20,974 nt of DNA, from NCBI GenBank assembly GCA_965214605.1, contig CBDCCD010000005.1:1-20974 (forward strand), written 5' to 3'. A program made the translations under genes and the position numbers. Position 1 is the first letter of the stretch; each line of letters opens with the position of its first letter. This DNA is from an uncultured Candidatus Binatia bacterium (lineage in GTDB: Bacteria; Desulfobacterota; Binatia; Bin18). The notes below the pieces were generated by a model. That model saw only the letters and a list, made by a program, of their open reading frames with translations. It had not been told where the DNA came from and searched no databases. Positions 1-9,633 of this stretch are shown here, piece after piece.

Positions 1-2
1 GT

Positions 3-170
3 ATCGAAGAATACCTGACGGAAAATCCGCTTCCGCAGGAAGCACGCTTCAATCACTACCGTCCGGCTCGCTACTTCAGCTCGAACATCGAGTCACTCGC
101 AAAGCACTTGAGGGATGAGGAGCTTGTTCGCTTTGAAGAGGTCTTCCGTGCGGTCAACGCGCTCTTGTAG
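3..170 (+). CDS. 3' end of a gene entering from the left edge; possibly an OLD-family/AAA ATP-dependent nuclease C-terminus
   Basis: Open frame IEEYLTENPLPQEARFNHYRPARYFSSNIESLAKHLRDEELVRFEEVFRAVNALL ending in TAG at 168-170. The FNHYRPARYF segment recalls C-termini of ATPase-TOPRIM (OLD-like) proteins; recall only, product uncertain. Confidence 0.45.
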   Translation: MEEYLTENPLPQEARFNHYRPARYFSSNIESLAKHLRDEELVRFEEVFRAVNALL

Positions 171-229
171 CGGGAGACTCCGCTCGTGACCGGGCATTGC
201 GAGACAATGCTTGCGATGAGGGTGCGCCA

Positions 230-1526
230 ATGACCTTCGACCAAGTCACGGCCTTGGCCTCGATCGGCGAGTCCGAAGCCCTGGAGTTCAGGGCCACGAC
301 CGGAACGCGGCGTGAGGCCGCCGCGACTGTGTGCGCCTTGCTCAACCAGCGTGGTGGACATGTTCTGTCCGGGGTGACGCCGGACGGCAGTGTCGTGGGT
401 CAAGCGGGTCAGCGAGCGGACGGTTGAGCAGGTGAGCGTTGAAATCCGGCGGATCGATCCACCCGCGTTTCCGGAGATCGAACGGATTCATATTTCGGGG
501 GATTTGGAAGTGATTGCGGTTCGAGTGAGTCCTGGCGCGTCACCCCCGTATCAGTACCGGGGCGCCTCCTACCGGCGTGTCGACAACACGACGCAGGCGA
601 TGTCCGCTGAAGAATACAAGCCCATGCTCTTCGAGCGCATGTATAACGAGCGACCTTGGGAGAACCATCCTGCCGACGGGTGGACAGTGGACGACCTGGA
701 CCTCGCGGAGATTCGAAACACGGTTGCGGAAGCCGTCCGGATCGGCCGGCTCAACCAACCCGGGGGCCAGGATCCAGGGGACTTGCTTCGCGGGTTGGGG
801 CTGCTCCGCGACGGTGTCCTGTTTCGGGCCGCCGCAGTGCTGTTCGGGAACGCGGAGCGCCTCGAAAGCGAAATGCCGTAGTGCCTGCTCCGCGTCGCGC
901 GTTTCCGGGGCCTCGACCGCTCGGAGTTCCTCGACAACCGACACGCCTTTACCCTCCTTGCGAGCGCTGTGCGCTTTTTGCGCGATACGCTCCCCATCGC
1001 CAGCCGCTTCGAGTCGAGCCGCATGGCGCGCATCGACGAGCCGCTCTACCCGCCCCTCTGGCTACGCGGGAGGCGCCGGCGAACGCGTTCTGCCGCCGAG
1101 ACTATGCTATGGGCGACGGCTCCGTTGGGCTTGCGATCTACGACGACCGACTGGAGGTGACCTCGACCGGCCCGCTGCACTTCGGGCTGACTCTGGACGA
1201 TCTCTTCGGGCCGTACGAGTCCCGACCCTGGAACCCGCTCATCGCCCGCACGTTCTATCGGCGCGGCATCATCGAGGAATGGGGGGGCCCGGGGACGATC
1301 AGAATGGCGGACCTGGCGACCTCGGCGGGGCTGCCCCGTCCCGAGATCGAGGAACGCGGCGACTACGTGCCGCCTCAACTAGACGACAGCAAACTGACGA
1401 AACAACAGATGACAATCTTGACACTTCTTCAGCTGTTCTGGGGCCGCAGGCGAACGAGCGGCGATTGCGGGAAGACCTCGCCATTCTACTGGGGTTGGCC
1501 GGGGAGCACGCTGGAAACCCCTGTAG
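230..1526 (+). pseudogene. AlbA_2 (Schlafen-like) / RecG-C (HATPase_c_4) / winged-HTH protein, disrupted
   Basis: ATG 230 gives MTFDQV..GESEALEFRATTG..TVCALLNQRGGHVLSGVTPDG (AlbA_2 signature). Frameshift near 400; continues to an in-frame TAG at 879-881 followed by CLLRVARFRG; frameshift near 1055 into ATREAPANAFCRRDY..IYDDRLEVTSTG..WNPLIARTFYRRGIIEEWG; wHTH tail ..RRLREDLAIL..RGARWKPL ending TAG 1524-1526. Confidence 0.85.
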
Positions 1527-1873
1527 AACATGGCGTTGGCTCATTCTGGCTGATTCCTGCTCATTCAGGCCCATTCAGGAAACCCGCGGGCGACGTTGCA
1601 CTACAGCGGGCACCCACGCGTGAGGAGAGGACGCTGCCGACAGATCTATTCACAATCCGACGGTCGGGCCGTGAAGAATCAAACAACGGGTTGTGATCCT
1701 AACCGAATCGGGGTTCCGCATGGCGGTTCCACTGGCAGTCCAGCACCTTGCTCTTACGCCCCGCGATCTGCTTCGTCATCCGAGGCGGCACCCAGCATCA
1801 CCTCGAACCCCTTGCATTGCTACGGTCGGGGTCTAATGATCGGTCAACGTCAGTTGTGACCGGAGTTAGAACG

Positions 1874-2374
1874 ATGGATGAACGAGGGCTTAAGCCATTC
1901 ACCTCTAGTCGTCGTAACCTGGTCAAGGGCGGCTTCATTGCGGCAGCGGTCGCCCCATGGACTGCCGGCTCATCTGCTACTGCCGCGTCGCACGTGATGT
2001 ACCCAAGGATCGGTCAAAGGGTCCTGGCTGAGATAACCGTGTGTTCGGCGTTGGTGCCTGTCGCACGAGCGCTCAAGTCAGTGAGCCTTCAACGGAAATC
2101 CAAGCCGGTAAAACAGCGTACTCTGACACACTGACCCAACGACTTCTCGAAGTATCCTTGCTCAGACGGAGATGATGATCCGAGAACCGTGGAGGTAAAC
2201 GATGACGGCAACATGACGCGAGCGTTCACCGTCGCCTTGAATGAAGAAGCACGAACGATCGAACTGCTACAACAGTCCCGTCTTTTCCGGGTTCAAACTA
2301 ATCCAGTCTTCCTGTATTCGGTCGGCGCTAGTGTGTCCTGTGTGCCTATTCTCGTTTCTTCAAGGATTCAGTAA
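1874..2374 (+). pseudogene. Putative Tat-exported protein with an internal stop
   Basis: GGAG RBS then ATG 1874: MDERGLKPFTSSRRNLVKGGFIAAAVAPWTAGSSATA resembles a twin-arginine signal (S-R-R-x-phi-phi-K, hydrophobic stretch, AxA). TGA at 2132-2134; the same frame reopens to TAA 2374. Confidence 0.35.
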
Positions 2375-2754
2375 TCAGTGGGGCTCGAGAGTAGCAGACT
2401 GGGTTGTGGGAACAGGTCGTAGAACGGCGGCGGCATCCCCCTCGGTCCAGACCTTACGGCCGACCGAAACTTCGGCGTGGCCTTTCCACGGCCCTTGTAG
2501 GATAAGACTGCCCCTATCGACGGCATGCGCGGGAATTCACCCGAATCCGCTTCCGGAACGCTTACGAAATAAGAAAGCAAAGACGGGATTCCATAAATAA
2601 CAATATGCCAGGCTGTTAGCAAAGAATATATCATGTTTGGGTCAGCTGCACCTGGGCACTCCGGGCCGAGGGTAGAGGTGGAGAAGGACGCATTCCACCC
2701 GATCCAGCAATGAACCATGATGGCCAGCGTCGCCCAATGAAGGTTACAATCTCC

Positions 2755-3000
2755 ATGAATTCCGACGAGATCTGTTCGACCGTACATCGGTTGTTGTATG
2801 CGCTCCCGCTATTCGAGCAGCCAACCGAGATCCAAGTCACCGATGGCCTCTACTTCTTCTACGAACACGGCGAGGCCGAGCGGCACGCGCTCAATGGCCG
2901 AATTGTTCGGGTTGGCAATCATCCGCATTCCGATGGGACCCTCGTGCCCGGCTCCGGCAGCACCATGCGGGGGGCAAGAACAGGGGCATCTTTCGTGAAT
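2755..3000 (+). pseudogene. GIY-YIG-like nuclease N-terminal fragment, frameshifted and truncated
   Basis: DGLYFFYEHGE..RIVRVGNH matches the GIY..YIG pattern. Shifted frames then give RLRQHH and GKNRGIFRE, the expected R..H helix and following motif. Similarity is lost near 3000. Confidence 0.55.
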
Positions 3001-3095
3001 GCGAAGCTCCTTGAGCCCCGCGCGCTCGCGGATCAGCTGCCAGTCGTCGAGGCCGTCAAGTGTCCAGCCGCAACCGCGCTCTGCGCCATTCGGAG

Positions 3096-6000
3096 TCAGT
3101 ATTCCAGACGCCGGCGAACACTATCCCGATTGTCCCACCACTTCGCATCGGAGTCGTAGCTGGTCGCGATTTGGTCAAGCATGTTCGCGGTGAAGGGGTA
3201 CTCGAAGGCCACCTCCCGGGACCACCTTCGATACTGTTCTGCAAGCTCTCGTTCCTGCGCCCCGCCCTCGTCTCGCCAAGTCGCCCCGCGGGCGTTGTGG
3301 ATACCAACGAGCATCCCGATCGCGATTCCTTGTGATCCTAAATCATCGATGGCTTCCCGCACAGGCTCGCACGGCCAGACTCCGTCAGCGTCAGGCGGAC
3401 AGTGGGAAAGCAGCTGGCCGATCATCTCGTCGCCAATCTCGACACGCCCATACTCCCGCGCGAGCATCCTTACCTGCTCCAGCCACGCATTCAGCTTATC
3501 AAGATCAATGCTGCCATCGGCTTGGGTTCCCGGAATTCGGCTGGCATTTGTGAGGAGTGCATAAGCGGCCCGCGCCAGAGCAGCGCGACTATCCGAATTT
3601 GACAGCTGCCATTCGGCTGGGTCTTTTCCGCCATCGTCGCGCTTGAAGGCGCGTAGCGCCTCCATAAACAATGCGGGCGTCTCCGCAAGCTGCGCTTCCA
3701 AATTGCGAATTCCGTGATTGGAATCCTCGAGCGTCTCGACAAACAGGAACTCTAGTCGGGCAAGATCTTCTCGAGAAGTATCTTCCCGTTGTTCAAGCGT
3801 TTCTAGCGCTTCGGAGACGTAATGCGCATCAAATTGATAGGAACCGGCGGGCTCCGCACCATTGGTCGCCAGCTCCGTCAGCAAGCGAATCATCCGTAAC
3901 GAATCGAGTTGCTTCCAATCCAGGTGCGCCGCGTGAAACGCCGCGCACGGCCGACCTACATTGAGGAGCTCGTCCACGAAAGTTGAGATTGCAGACGCGT
4001 CGCGTCGGCTCGGGTAAGGAGCGACTTCTCGCCAATATCGCTCCTTAAGTCGCTTGGACAGCCTGTCAACCTGTTGCCATGTGCCGTTGTCAAAAGGCGC
4101 GCGGCAGAGCAGCCTGATGCACGAATCCTCATCGGAGCCAAGACCGGCGAGCAACTCCCCGAGAACGCCGTCACGGTTTTGTAACTCCAGCTTGGCCAAA
4201 AATCCGGTGATGCAGTGCCAACACTTGTCCCACAGCTCCTCTGACCGCTCCGCCATCATGCCCCTGAGAAAATCTATTGCCTTCTGAACTCCGGTGCAGA
4301 TTTCAGCCATGTGCCACCCAACGAGGCGCGAGGCGTCGCCACATTGGCACAGCTGCTTAATCCCGACCAGATCGGACTCCGCCCATACCTCCCGCAACGC
4401 CTCACGTCGCTGACGCGCAATTCGCTCTTCTCTCCCTTGGTGACCGAGCTGTTCGTCCTCAAGTTCGTCAGCAGATTCCTCAACCCACTCGCGCAAGAAA
4501 AGCCATTGGTGGCGCACTGCAGGATTCCGGGGTTCGAGCAGCGCATATGCCTGTCGGGCACGCTTCCTCCCGGCGTCGCCAATATCGCGGCGCCGCCGGC
4601 GCCGGGTTAGGGTGCAGCGCCGTATCCGCTCACGCAACGCCGCCTTCCGCATATCGCTCGGTCCGGTGTCAATCCAGGTGCCAATGAGATCCCACACCCG
4701 GTTGCGAAGCTCAGCACTCAGCACCTCAAGGCGGTCGACCAGATCGCCCAGCGTGTGCTCGTCGTGCGCGGGCCAGTCAAGCGCAAGCTCTACCGCCTTA
4801 CGTTGACCCTGCCGCTCCTCGCCAGCCGTGCCGCCCTCAACCGCATCATAGGCATCGGTGCGCCACCTCGGCTTACTGCTGAAACGCTTGATGGTCGAAC
4901 CCGGATTGAATTGATCGACGCAAATCTGCCAGCCGACATCGGGGAATTTCCTCGTGAGCGTCTCAAGCGCCCGATTGCGCTGATCAAGGGAAGCCGCGGT
5001 CTGAGGCATCGGGAACCAGAAAATTGTTTTAAGCGTGCCCATAGGCTTATCGGCCCAGTTGTCATCGATTTGCCACGCGCACAGTTTGGCGAGAATGAAG
5101 GTGACGCGGACCAGCCGCTCCGGTTTCCAGGCGAGCGATTCGAGCGCCCGCAGCATGCCGGAGCGCGGACAATCTCCGAACATTCCGGTATCCGCAGGCG
5201 CGAACAACACAGCAATCTGCGAGTTCTCGCTTTTGAGATCATCTTCGATGATGCTGAGGAATGTATCCGGCACGGCCTCGGCGTATTGCGGTAGATCGCT
5301 CTTCTGAGACAGCCACGTCGATTCGGCCGAGGGCGTCAGCAAGTGGCGGACGACAGCACTAACGTCGGCCTCAAGGTTAATCCCTAGGCGCTCGCCAACG
5401 AGGGCATTGCCGTGTACGGCCAGAAGCACAAGCGTATCGCAGAGGCCCCGACGGAGAGCAGACGAATGGTTCCGGCTCTTTCCGTAGAGATTGGCCGCCC
5501 ACCGCTCATCCTCCGGTAGTTCCAGTGCCGGATCACGCTCTGACAGGACAATTTCAGCGGCGGACAGGAATTTCTTCAAGTCCTCCGCTGTAAGGGTCCG
5601 GTGCGCGGCGTAGAGCGCATCGACCTTGGAGACGACACCCCGGAGATGGCCGATGGACCAGATTGGCGGTTCGTCAATTGTCTGGAGTCGTGCGATCGTT
5701 TGTTCGGCGTCTTCGTAGGGTCTGTCGGTCAGGGAGCGCAGTATCTCCTTGTCCGCCTCGGCCTTGGAATCCCACGCGCCAACGAATATGAACGGGATCA
5801 ACGCCCGAGCGACAGTGTTGTCAGTGGCCCAGGGCGGCACCTTCACAGCCTCAACCTGCGCGAGTCGGCGCCGGAGGATGGTTGGCGAGCGCGCCGATTC
5901 CCTTGCGAGTTGGTCTATCCGGGATTCATTAAGAGCGGGATCGGTGTCGCGTAGGGCTTTACGGAACGGCTCGTAGCCCAGCAGGTCGAGCGCAATGTCC

Positions 6001-7184
6001 GCTTTGCCCGTCACTGTATTGCGGCCGCGTACGATGATCGTGTGGGTCTTCTTGTGAAGTCCGGCCAACACCCTTTCAACCGCTGACGAGGCGACAATCG
6101 CAACGAAGTTCGAAGACAGCCCAGCGATGGTCTCGAAAGCCTCAAGCGAGCGGATGACCACGGCGCGCTCATAGACGCCGGGGCATGAATCCCCCAGCCG
6201 GTCCAGCGCGCAGCTTAGGAAAGCCAGCGCCTCCAAACTCGAGTCGGCAGCAACGACGAAGGGGCTGATTGGAGGTGCTTTCAGCCATTTCTCAAGCTGT
6301 GCCCGGTGCCGTTCGGCGGCGGGGGCGAACAACTCTCTCGACAGCGCGGGCTCAGTGACGGCCGCCCATTCAAGCCAAATCTGGCAAAGGGTCACAACCT
6401 CCTGACCTGCGCCTCTCTGGAACTCTCCCATTCGGGTCTGCGCCGGAATCGACTGTTCCAACCATTGTTCCAGGTCACTGGCGTCGAAGGCGCGCACATC
6501 CTGCCATTCACCGCCCGTCTTCTTGGCCTTGGCCCAGTCGTGCTTGCCAGTCCAATTACGCGGCGTCACGAACACGAACGTCGTGGATTTTCGTTCCTTG
6601 GCGGGAACTCCGGCTGTACGGGCCTGATAGTCCCTGTCCGCTTTGGTTTTGGGTGTCTTGTTGCACCCGAACTCCCAGCCGGACTGTCCGCGCGGTATCC
6701 ACGGTGTCGCCGATCCGGACCTAACCTGGCCATCCCACCCCTTTCGCTGGGAATTGTCAAAGGCCGGAAAATCGACCGCAGTCAGATTGCTGCCAGTCGA
6801 GTGCACCAGCGTGCGCAGCAGCGCCGGAAGCTGCCCTCTCGCGTCGATGGTATCGGCCCACGCGGCGATCTGGCGGGCGGTGATCTTGAGATAAGCAGGT
6901 GCGTACGCGCGGACGGCGATGTCGTCCGCGCGAGCCCGCGCCTCGAATTCCTCGTACCTCGCCTGCATTTCAAGGAGGGCAGAAGCGTCGGCCTGGAACG
7001 CTTTTTCGAACCGCATGGCCATATCGGGCGAGAGCGCGGCTTTGCCGTTCAGAAGATTGGATAAGGCAGGTCGACCCACGCCGAGCATCTCCGCGGCTCT
7101 CTTCACGGAGAGCTCCGCCGGGAGAATCGACAGCTTTATGTGGGTTCCCGGATGGATTGGGGTCTTGTTGCGTCGCGATGCCAT
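3096..7184 (-). CDS. 1362-aa fusion: HigA-family XRE HTH + restriction-endonuclease-like domain + degenerate NTPase-like region + helical C-terminus (putative defence protein)
   Basis: Intact ORF with AGGAGG upstream. N-terminus PIHPGTHIK..LSVKRAAEMLGVGRPALSNLLNGKAALSPDMAMRFEKAF is classic HigA. Next, GWDG..WEFGC..KADRDY..FVFVTPR..VRAFDASDLEQWL resembles a PD-(D/E)xK/Mrr-like domain. No canonical Walker A (VVAADSSLEALAF at the expected position). Confidence 0.8.
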   Translation of the reverse strand: MASRRNKTPIHPGTHIKLSILPAELSVKRAAEMLGVGRPALSNLLNGKAALSPDMAMRFEKAFQADASALLEMQARYEEFEARARADDIAVRAYAPAYLKITARQIAAWADTIDARGQLPALLRTLVHSTGSNLTAVDFPAFDNSQRKGWDGQVRSGSATPWIPRGQSGWEFGCNKTPKTKADRDYQARTAGVPAKERKSTTFVFVTPRNWTGKHDWAKAKKTGGEWQDVRAFDASDLEQWLEQSIPAQTRMGEFQRGAGQEVVTLCQIWLEWAAVTEPALSRELFAPAAERHRAQLEKWLKAPPISPFVVAADSSLEALAFLSCALDRLGDSCPGVYERAVVIRSLEAFETIAGLSSNFVAIVASSAVERVLAGLHKKTHTIIVRGRNTVTGKADIALDLLGYEPFRKALRDTDPALNESRIDQLARESARSPTILRRRLAQVEAVKVPPWATDNTVARALIPFIFVGAWDSKAEADKEILRSLTDRPYEDAEQTIARLQTIDEPPIWSIGHLRGVVSKVDALYAAHRTLTAEDLKKFLSAAEIVLSERDPALELPEDERWAANLYGKSRNHSSALRRGLCDTLVLLAVHGNALVGERLGINLEADVSAVVRHLLTPSAESTWLSQKSDLPQYAEAVPDTFLSIIEDDLKSENSQIAVLFAPADTGMFGDCPRSGMLRALESLAWKPERLVRVTFILAKLCAWQIDDNWADKPMGTLKTIFWFPMPQTAASLDQRNRALETLTRKFPDVGWQICVDQFNPGSTIKRFSSKPRWRTDAYDAVEGGTAGEERQGQRKAVELALDWPAHDEHTLGDLVDRLEVLSAELRNRVWDLIGTWIDTGPSDMRKAALRERIRRCTLTRRRRRRDIGDAGRKRARQAYALLEPRNPAVRHQWLFLREWVEESADELEDEQLGHQGREERIARQRREALREVWAESDLVGIKQLCQCGDASRLVGWHMAEICTGVQKAIDFLRGMMAERSEELWDKCWHCITGFLAKLELQNRDGVLGELLAGLGSDEDSCIRLLCRAPFDNGTWQQVDRLSKRLKERYWREVAPYPSRRDASAISTFVDELLNVGRPCAAFHAAHLDWKQLDSLRMIRLLTELATNGAEPAGSYQFDAHYVSEALETLEQREDTSREDLARLEFLFVETLEDSNHGIRNLEAQLAETPALFMEALRAFKRDDGGKDPAEWQLSNSDSRAALARAAYALLTNASRIPGTQADGSIDLDKLNAWLEQVRMLAREYGRVEIGDEMIGQLLSHCPPDADGVWPCEPVREAIDDLGSQGIAIGMLVGIHNARGATWRDEGGAQERELAEQYRRWSREVAFEYPFTANMLDQIATSYDSDAKWWDNRDSVRRRLEY

Positions 7185-7251
7185 AGAGCCTACAGCCCTC
7201 CTGCTTGGTAAATCGTGCTCTCAGTTTTCGCTGAGCCATTTGAGGTTTAGA

Positions 7252-7285
7252 GTTGATTGTATCGTGTAACGCAACACATATCAAC
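7252..7285 (-). promoter_or_regulatory. Sigma70 promoter of the HigA fusion overlapped by a palindromic operator
   Basis: Minus strand TTGATA (7284-7279), 17-nt spacer, TACAAT (7261-7256). Palindrome TGT-NN-CGT-NNN-ACG-NN-ACA at 7258-7276, bracketed by GTTGAT (7252-7257) and ATCAAC (7280-7285). Confidence 0.7.
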
Positions 7286-7606
7286 CAAGGATGCCTTGTA
7301 GCGCCTGTGGTGCGGGCGGCCTGTCTGCTCTCAATCGCAGGGGGCCGGAAGACCATCAATCAAAGAGAACGAAGAGGGAACACCGGCTCCGGCACTCATC
7401 ACCGAGTCAGATCATCTCTACCCAGCTCGGTAAGTTCGCAATCCCACCATTCACAACCCTCAATCAGCTTGCGGTCCGAACTACACACAGGAAACCGTTT
7501 TCGGCCAGCCCTTCAAAATTTCGGCAGCGATGCTGTCGGAGACCCGCACCGCCGAACCACCTACCCATTCGGTGAAGTCCTAGAGTTGCGAGGAATTTCG
7601 GTTAGG

Positions 7607-7721
7607 GTGCACCCTCGCTGAGGGTTTACGAGCCGGCGCCGATACGTCCGCAACGTAGGAGGAAATATGAAGCGAAGATTGTATGTGCACCCTCGCTGAG
7701 GGTTTACGAGCCGGCGCCGAT
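7607..7721. repeat. Two identical 37-bp direct repeats separated by 41 bp
   Basis: GTGCACCCTCGCTGAGGGTTTACGAGCCGGCGCCGAT at 7607-7643 and 7685-7721; internal hairpin ACCCTC-GCT-GAGGGT. Confidence 0.95.
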
Positions 7722-7750
7722 TGTCGCAGGCGCCAGCAAGGAGGCACCCC

Positions 7751-9045
7751 ATGGCGAAGGGAGTATCGGCGTCGATGTGCATACGCGAATCCCTTTCCGA
7801 CCTGATCGAAGGCCGCCTGTCGTCTGCCGATGGCCGCGCTGCGCTGGTGAATGTGGCGACGCGGCTGATCGTGGAGGAGGCGTTGGAGGCGGAGAGCCGC
7901 GACGCCCTCGGCCGCGACTCCTACGAGCACGGCGCGTCCCCCGGGCCAAGGCTGGCGCAACGGCGTGCGCATGGGCCGTCTGAAGACGGCGGAAGGGTTG
8001 GTGGACGATGCGGCGCCGCAGAATGCCGGTCGTGAGGAGCCGTTTCGCTCGGAAATGCGCGAGAACCTGAAGGGCCGCACCCTGGCCTTGAGGACTTGGC
8101 GGTGGAGCTTCTAGCGCACGGCCTGAGGGTGCGCGACCTCGAAGACGCCTTCCGGGACGAGAGAGGGCGGCTGTTGCTGTCGCGCACGGGAGTATCAGAG
8201 AGCGGCTGTAGGCGAACTCCCCGGAGTTCGCCGTCCGCGATCTGTCGGAGTACGAACATCGCCTACCTGCTCGTGGACGGTATTGCCGAGCACATCCGGC
8301 CGGGGCAGAAGCGCGAGCCGGTTCTGGCGGCCTGGGGCTTCACCGCGAGTGGCGCCAAGGTTCTGCTGTACCTGATGGCTGGCTCCAAAGAGGACGCCAA
8401 GACGGCGAGCGCCTTCTTTCGGGACATGCGCGGGCGCGGCGATCCCCTGCTGGTGGTCTCGGACGGTGCGGCGGGCATCGTCAAGGCGATTGAGGCCTGC
8501 TTCCCGCGATCGGTGCGCCAGCGCTGCCTCGCCCATCGGATACGCCACCTAGCGGCCAAGGTACCGGAAGACCTCTGGCCCGAGTTTAAAGCCCGAGTCA
8601 CCGCCGTCTACCAAGCGCCGTCGCGCGCCGTAGCCCGCGATCTCGCCTCCGGCCTGGTCGCGGACGATGAGGCCGAACTGCTCCGCGCGATCGCCTGCTT
8701 CATGGATGACTTCGAAGCCTGCATCGCGCACCTGCGCATGCCCATCACCTACCGCCGCGCGATCCAGACCACGAACCTCCTTGAGCGCCTGTTTGTCGAG
8801 GAGCGCCGGCGGCTCAAGATCATCCCCAACGCCTTCGGCGAGAAGGCCGTCCTCCAGCTCCTGTTCGGCGCCAGGATCCGTGCCGCCGAGCGTTAGCAGG
8901 TCATCAAGGTCAGCGAGCTCAAGCGCCGTCGGATGCGCGCAGTCAGAGAGGAGCTCGACCGAGAATACGAGGCCGCAACATCCTCGAAGCGAAGACCTCA
9001 GCTCCGGCACACCAAGCCAAAATATCCAGCACCGCTCGGACTTGA
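7751..9045 (+). pseudogene. IS256-family transposase, frameshifted
   Basis: GGAGG RBS, ATG 7751. Motifs LIVEEALEAE, YLLVDG, LVVSDGAAG, QRCLAH, TTNLLERLFVEERRR. Frameshifts near 7945, 8085 and 8200-8255; premature TAG at 8894-8896. Confidence 0.88.
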
Positions 9046-9049
9046 CCGT

Positions 9050-9136
9050 TCCTGGAACCGCGAACGCTGGATCGGCACCCGGCTGTAGGCGAGCGCGTGC
9101 AGCTTCGACGCCCGCTACCTCGTCACCTCGCTCGCC
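9050..9136 (+). pseudogene. IS1380-family transposase remnant
   Basis: SWNRERWIGTRL*ASACSFDARYLVTSLA resembles the IS1380 segment SW.R.RRV.AR.E......RY.VTSL; internal TAG. Confidence 0.5.
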
Positions 9137-9173
9137 ACCATTTCGGCTGGGGCGGCCTCGGTTCGTCGGACAG

Positions 9174-9223
9174 CCTGGCGGCTGAGTTTAAGGTGTATTC
9201 CGGTTGAAACTCAGGCCGCCAGG
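9174..9223. repeat. Imperfect inverted repeat (16/17-bp arms, 17-nt loop)
   Basis: CCTGGCGGC-TGAGTTT (9174-9189) pairs with AAACTCAGGCCGCCAGG (9207-9223) with one bulge. Confidence 0.7.
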
Positions 9224-9633
9224 GTCCTCATGGTTGGGGTAGCGGTGCAAACACACACTTCCAACTCCCGGATTCACACCGCGCGGGAAGACGCCGTTCC
9301 GCCAAGGAAACCGGTGCCTCGGATCGTCATGATCGGTCGCCGGTGCGCATCAAGCGGAACCTGCAGCCGAACGATTGCACAGGTGACGGAGGCATCGAGC
9401 CACCGAGACCCGCGATTTCGGGGCTGGAAGGCTTAGAGGGCTGAGGGATAGGTCGCTTCCACTGACAGAGCCGCTACGATCCGCACAGGAAGTTCACCCA
9501 AATCTGCTTCCGAAATGCTTACGGAGAAATCAGCCTCAAACACAACTCCATATTAATACCATTTAATACCATCGTTTATTATCGATAGGAACGAATATAC
9601 TGCGTTTGTGTCAATGACATACATCCGCGCGTC

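Larger units (their letters stand above)
7571..9047 (+). mobile_element. Degenerate IS256-family insertion sequence
   Basis: Imperfect terminal inverted repeats GGTGAAGTCCTAGAGTTGC (from 7571) and GCACCGCTCGGACTTGACC (ending 9047) flank a mutator-type transposase. No target-site duplication visible. Confidence 0.8.

Noticed and set aside
577-1696. 346-348 aa ORFs as independent genes
   Set aside because: They are alternative frames holding pieces of the frameshifted AlbA_2 pseudogene.
2284-2312. Third copy of the putative sigma promoter (TTTCCGGGTTC)
   Set aside because: Only the upstream half matches; no GCGATYAA at the required spacing.
7607-7721. Bona fide CRISPR array
   Set aside because: Only two repeats, located inside an IS end, no cas genes or leader; kept only as a repeat.
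9553-9572. Tandem TTAATACCAT x2 in an AT-rich patch
   Set aside because: Two copies only; insufficient for iterons or a defined binding site.
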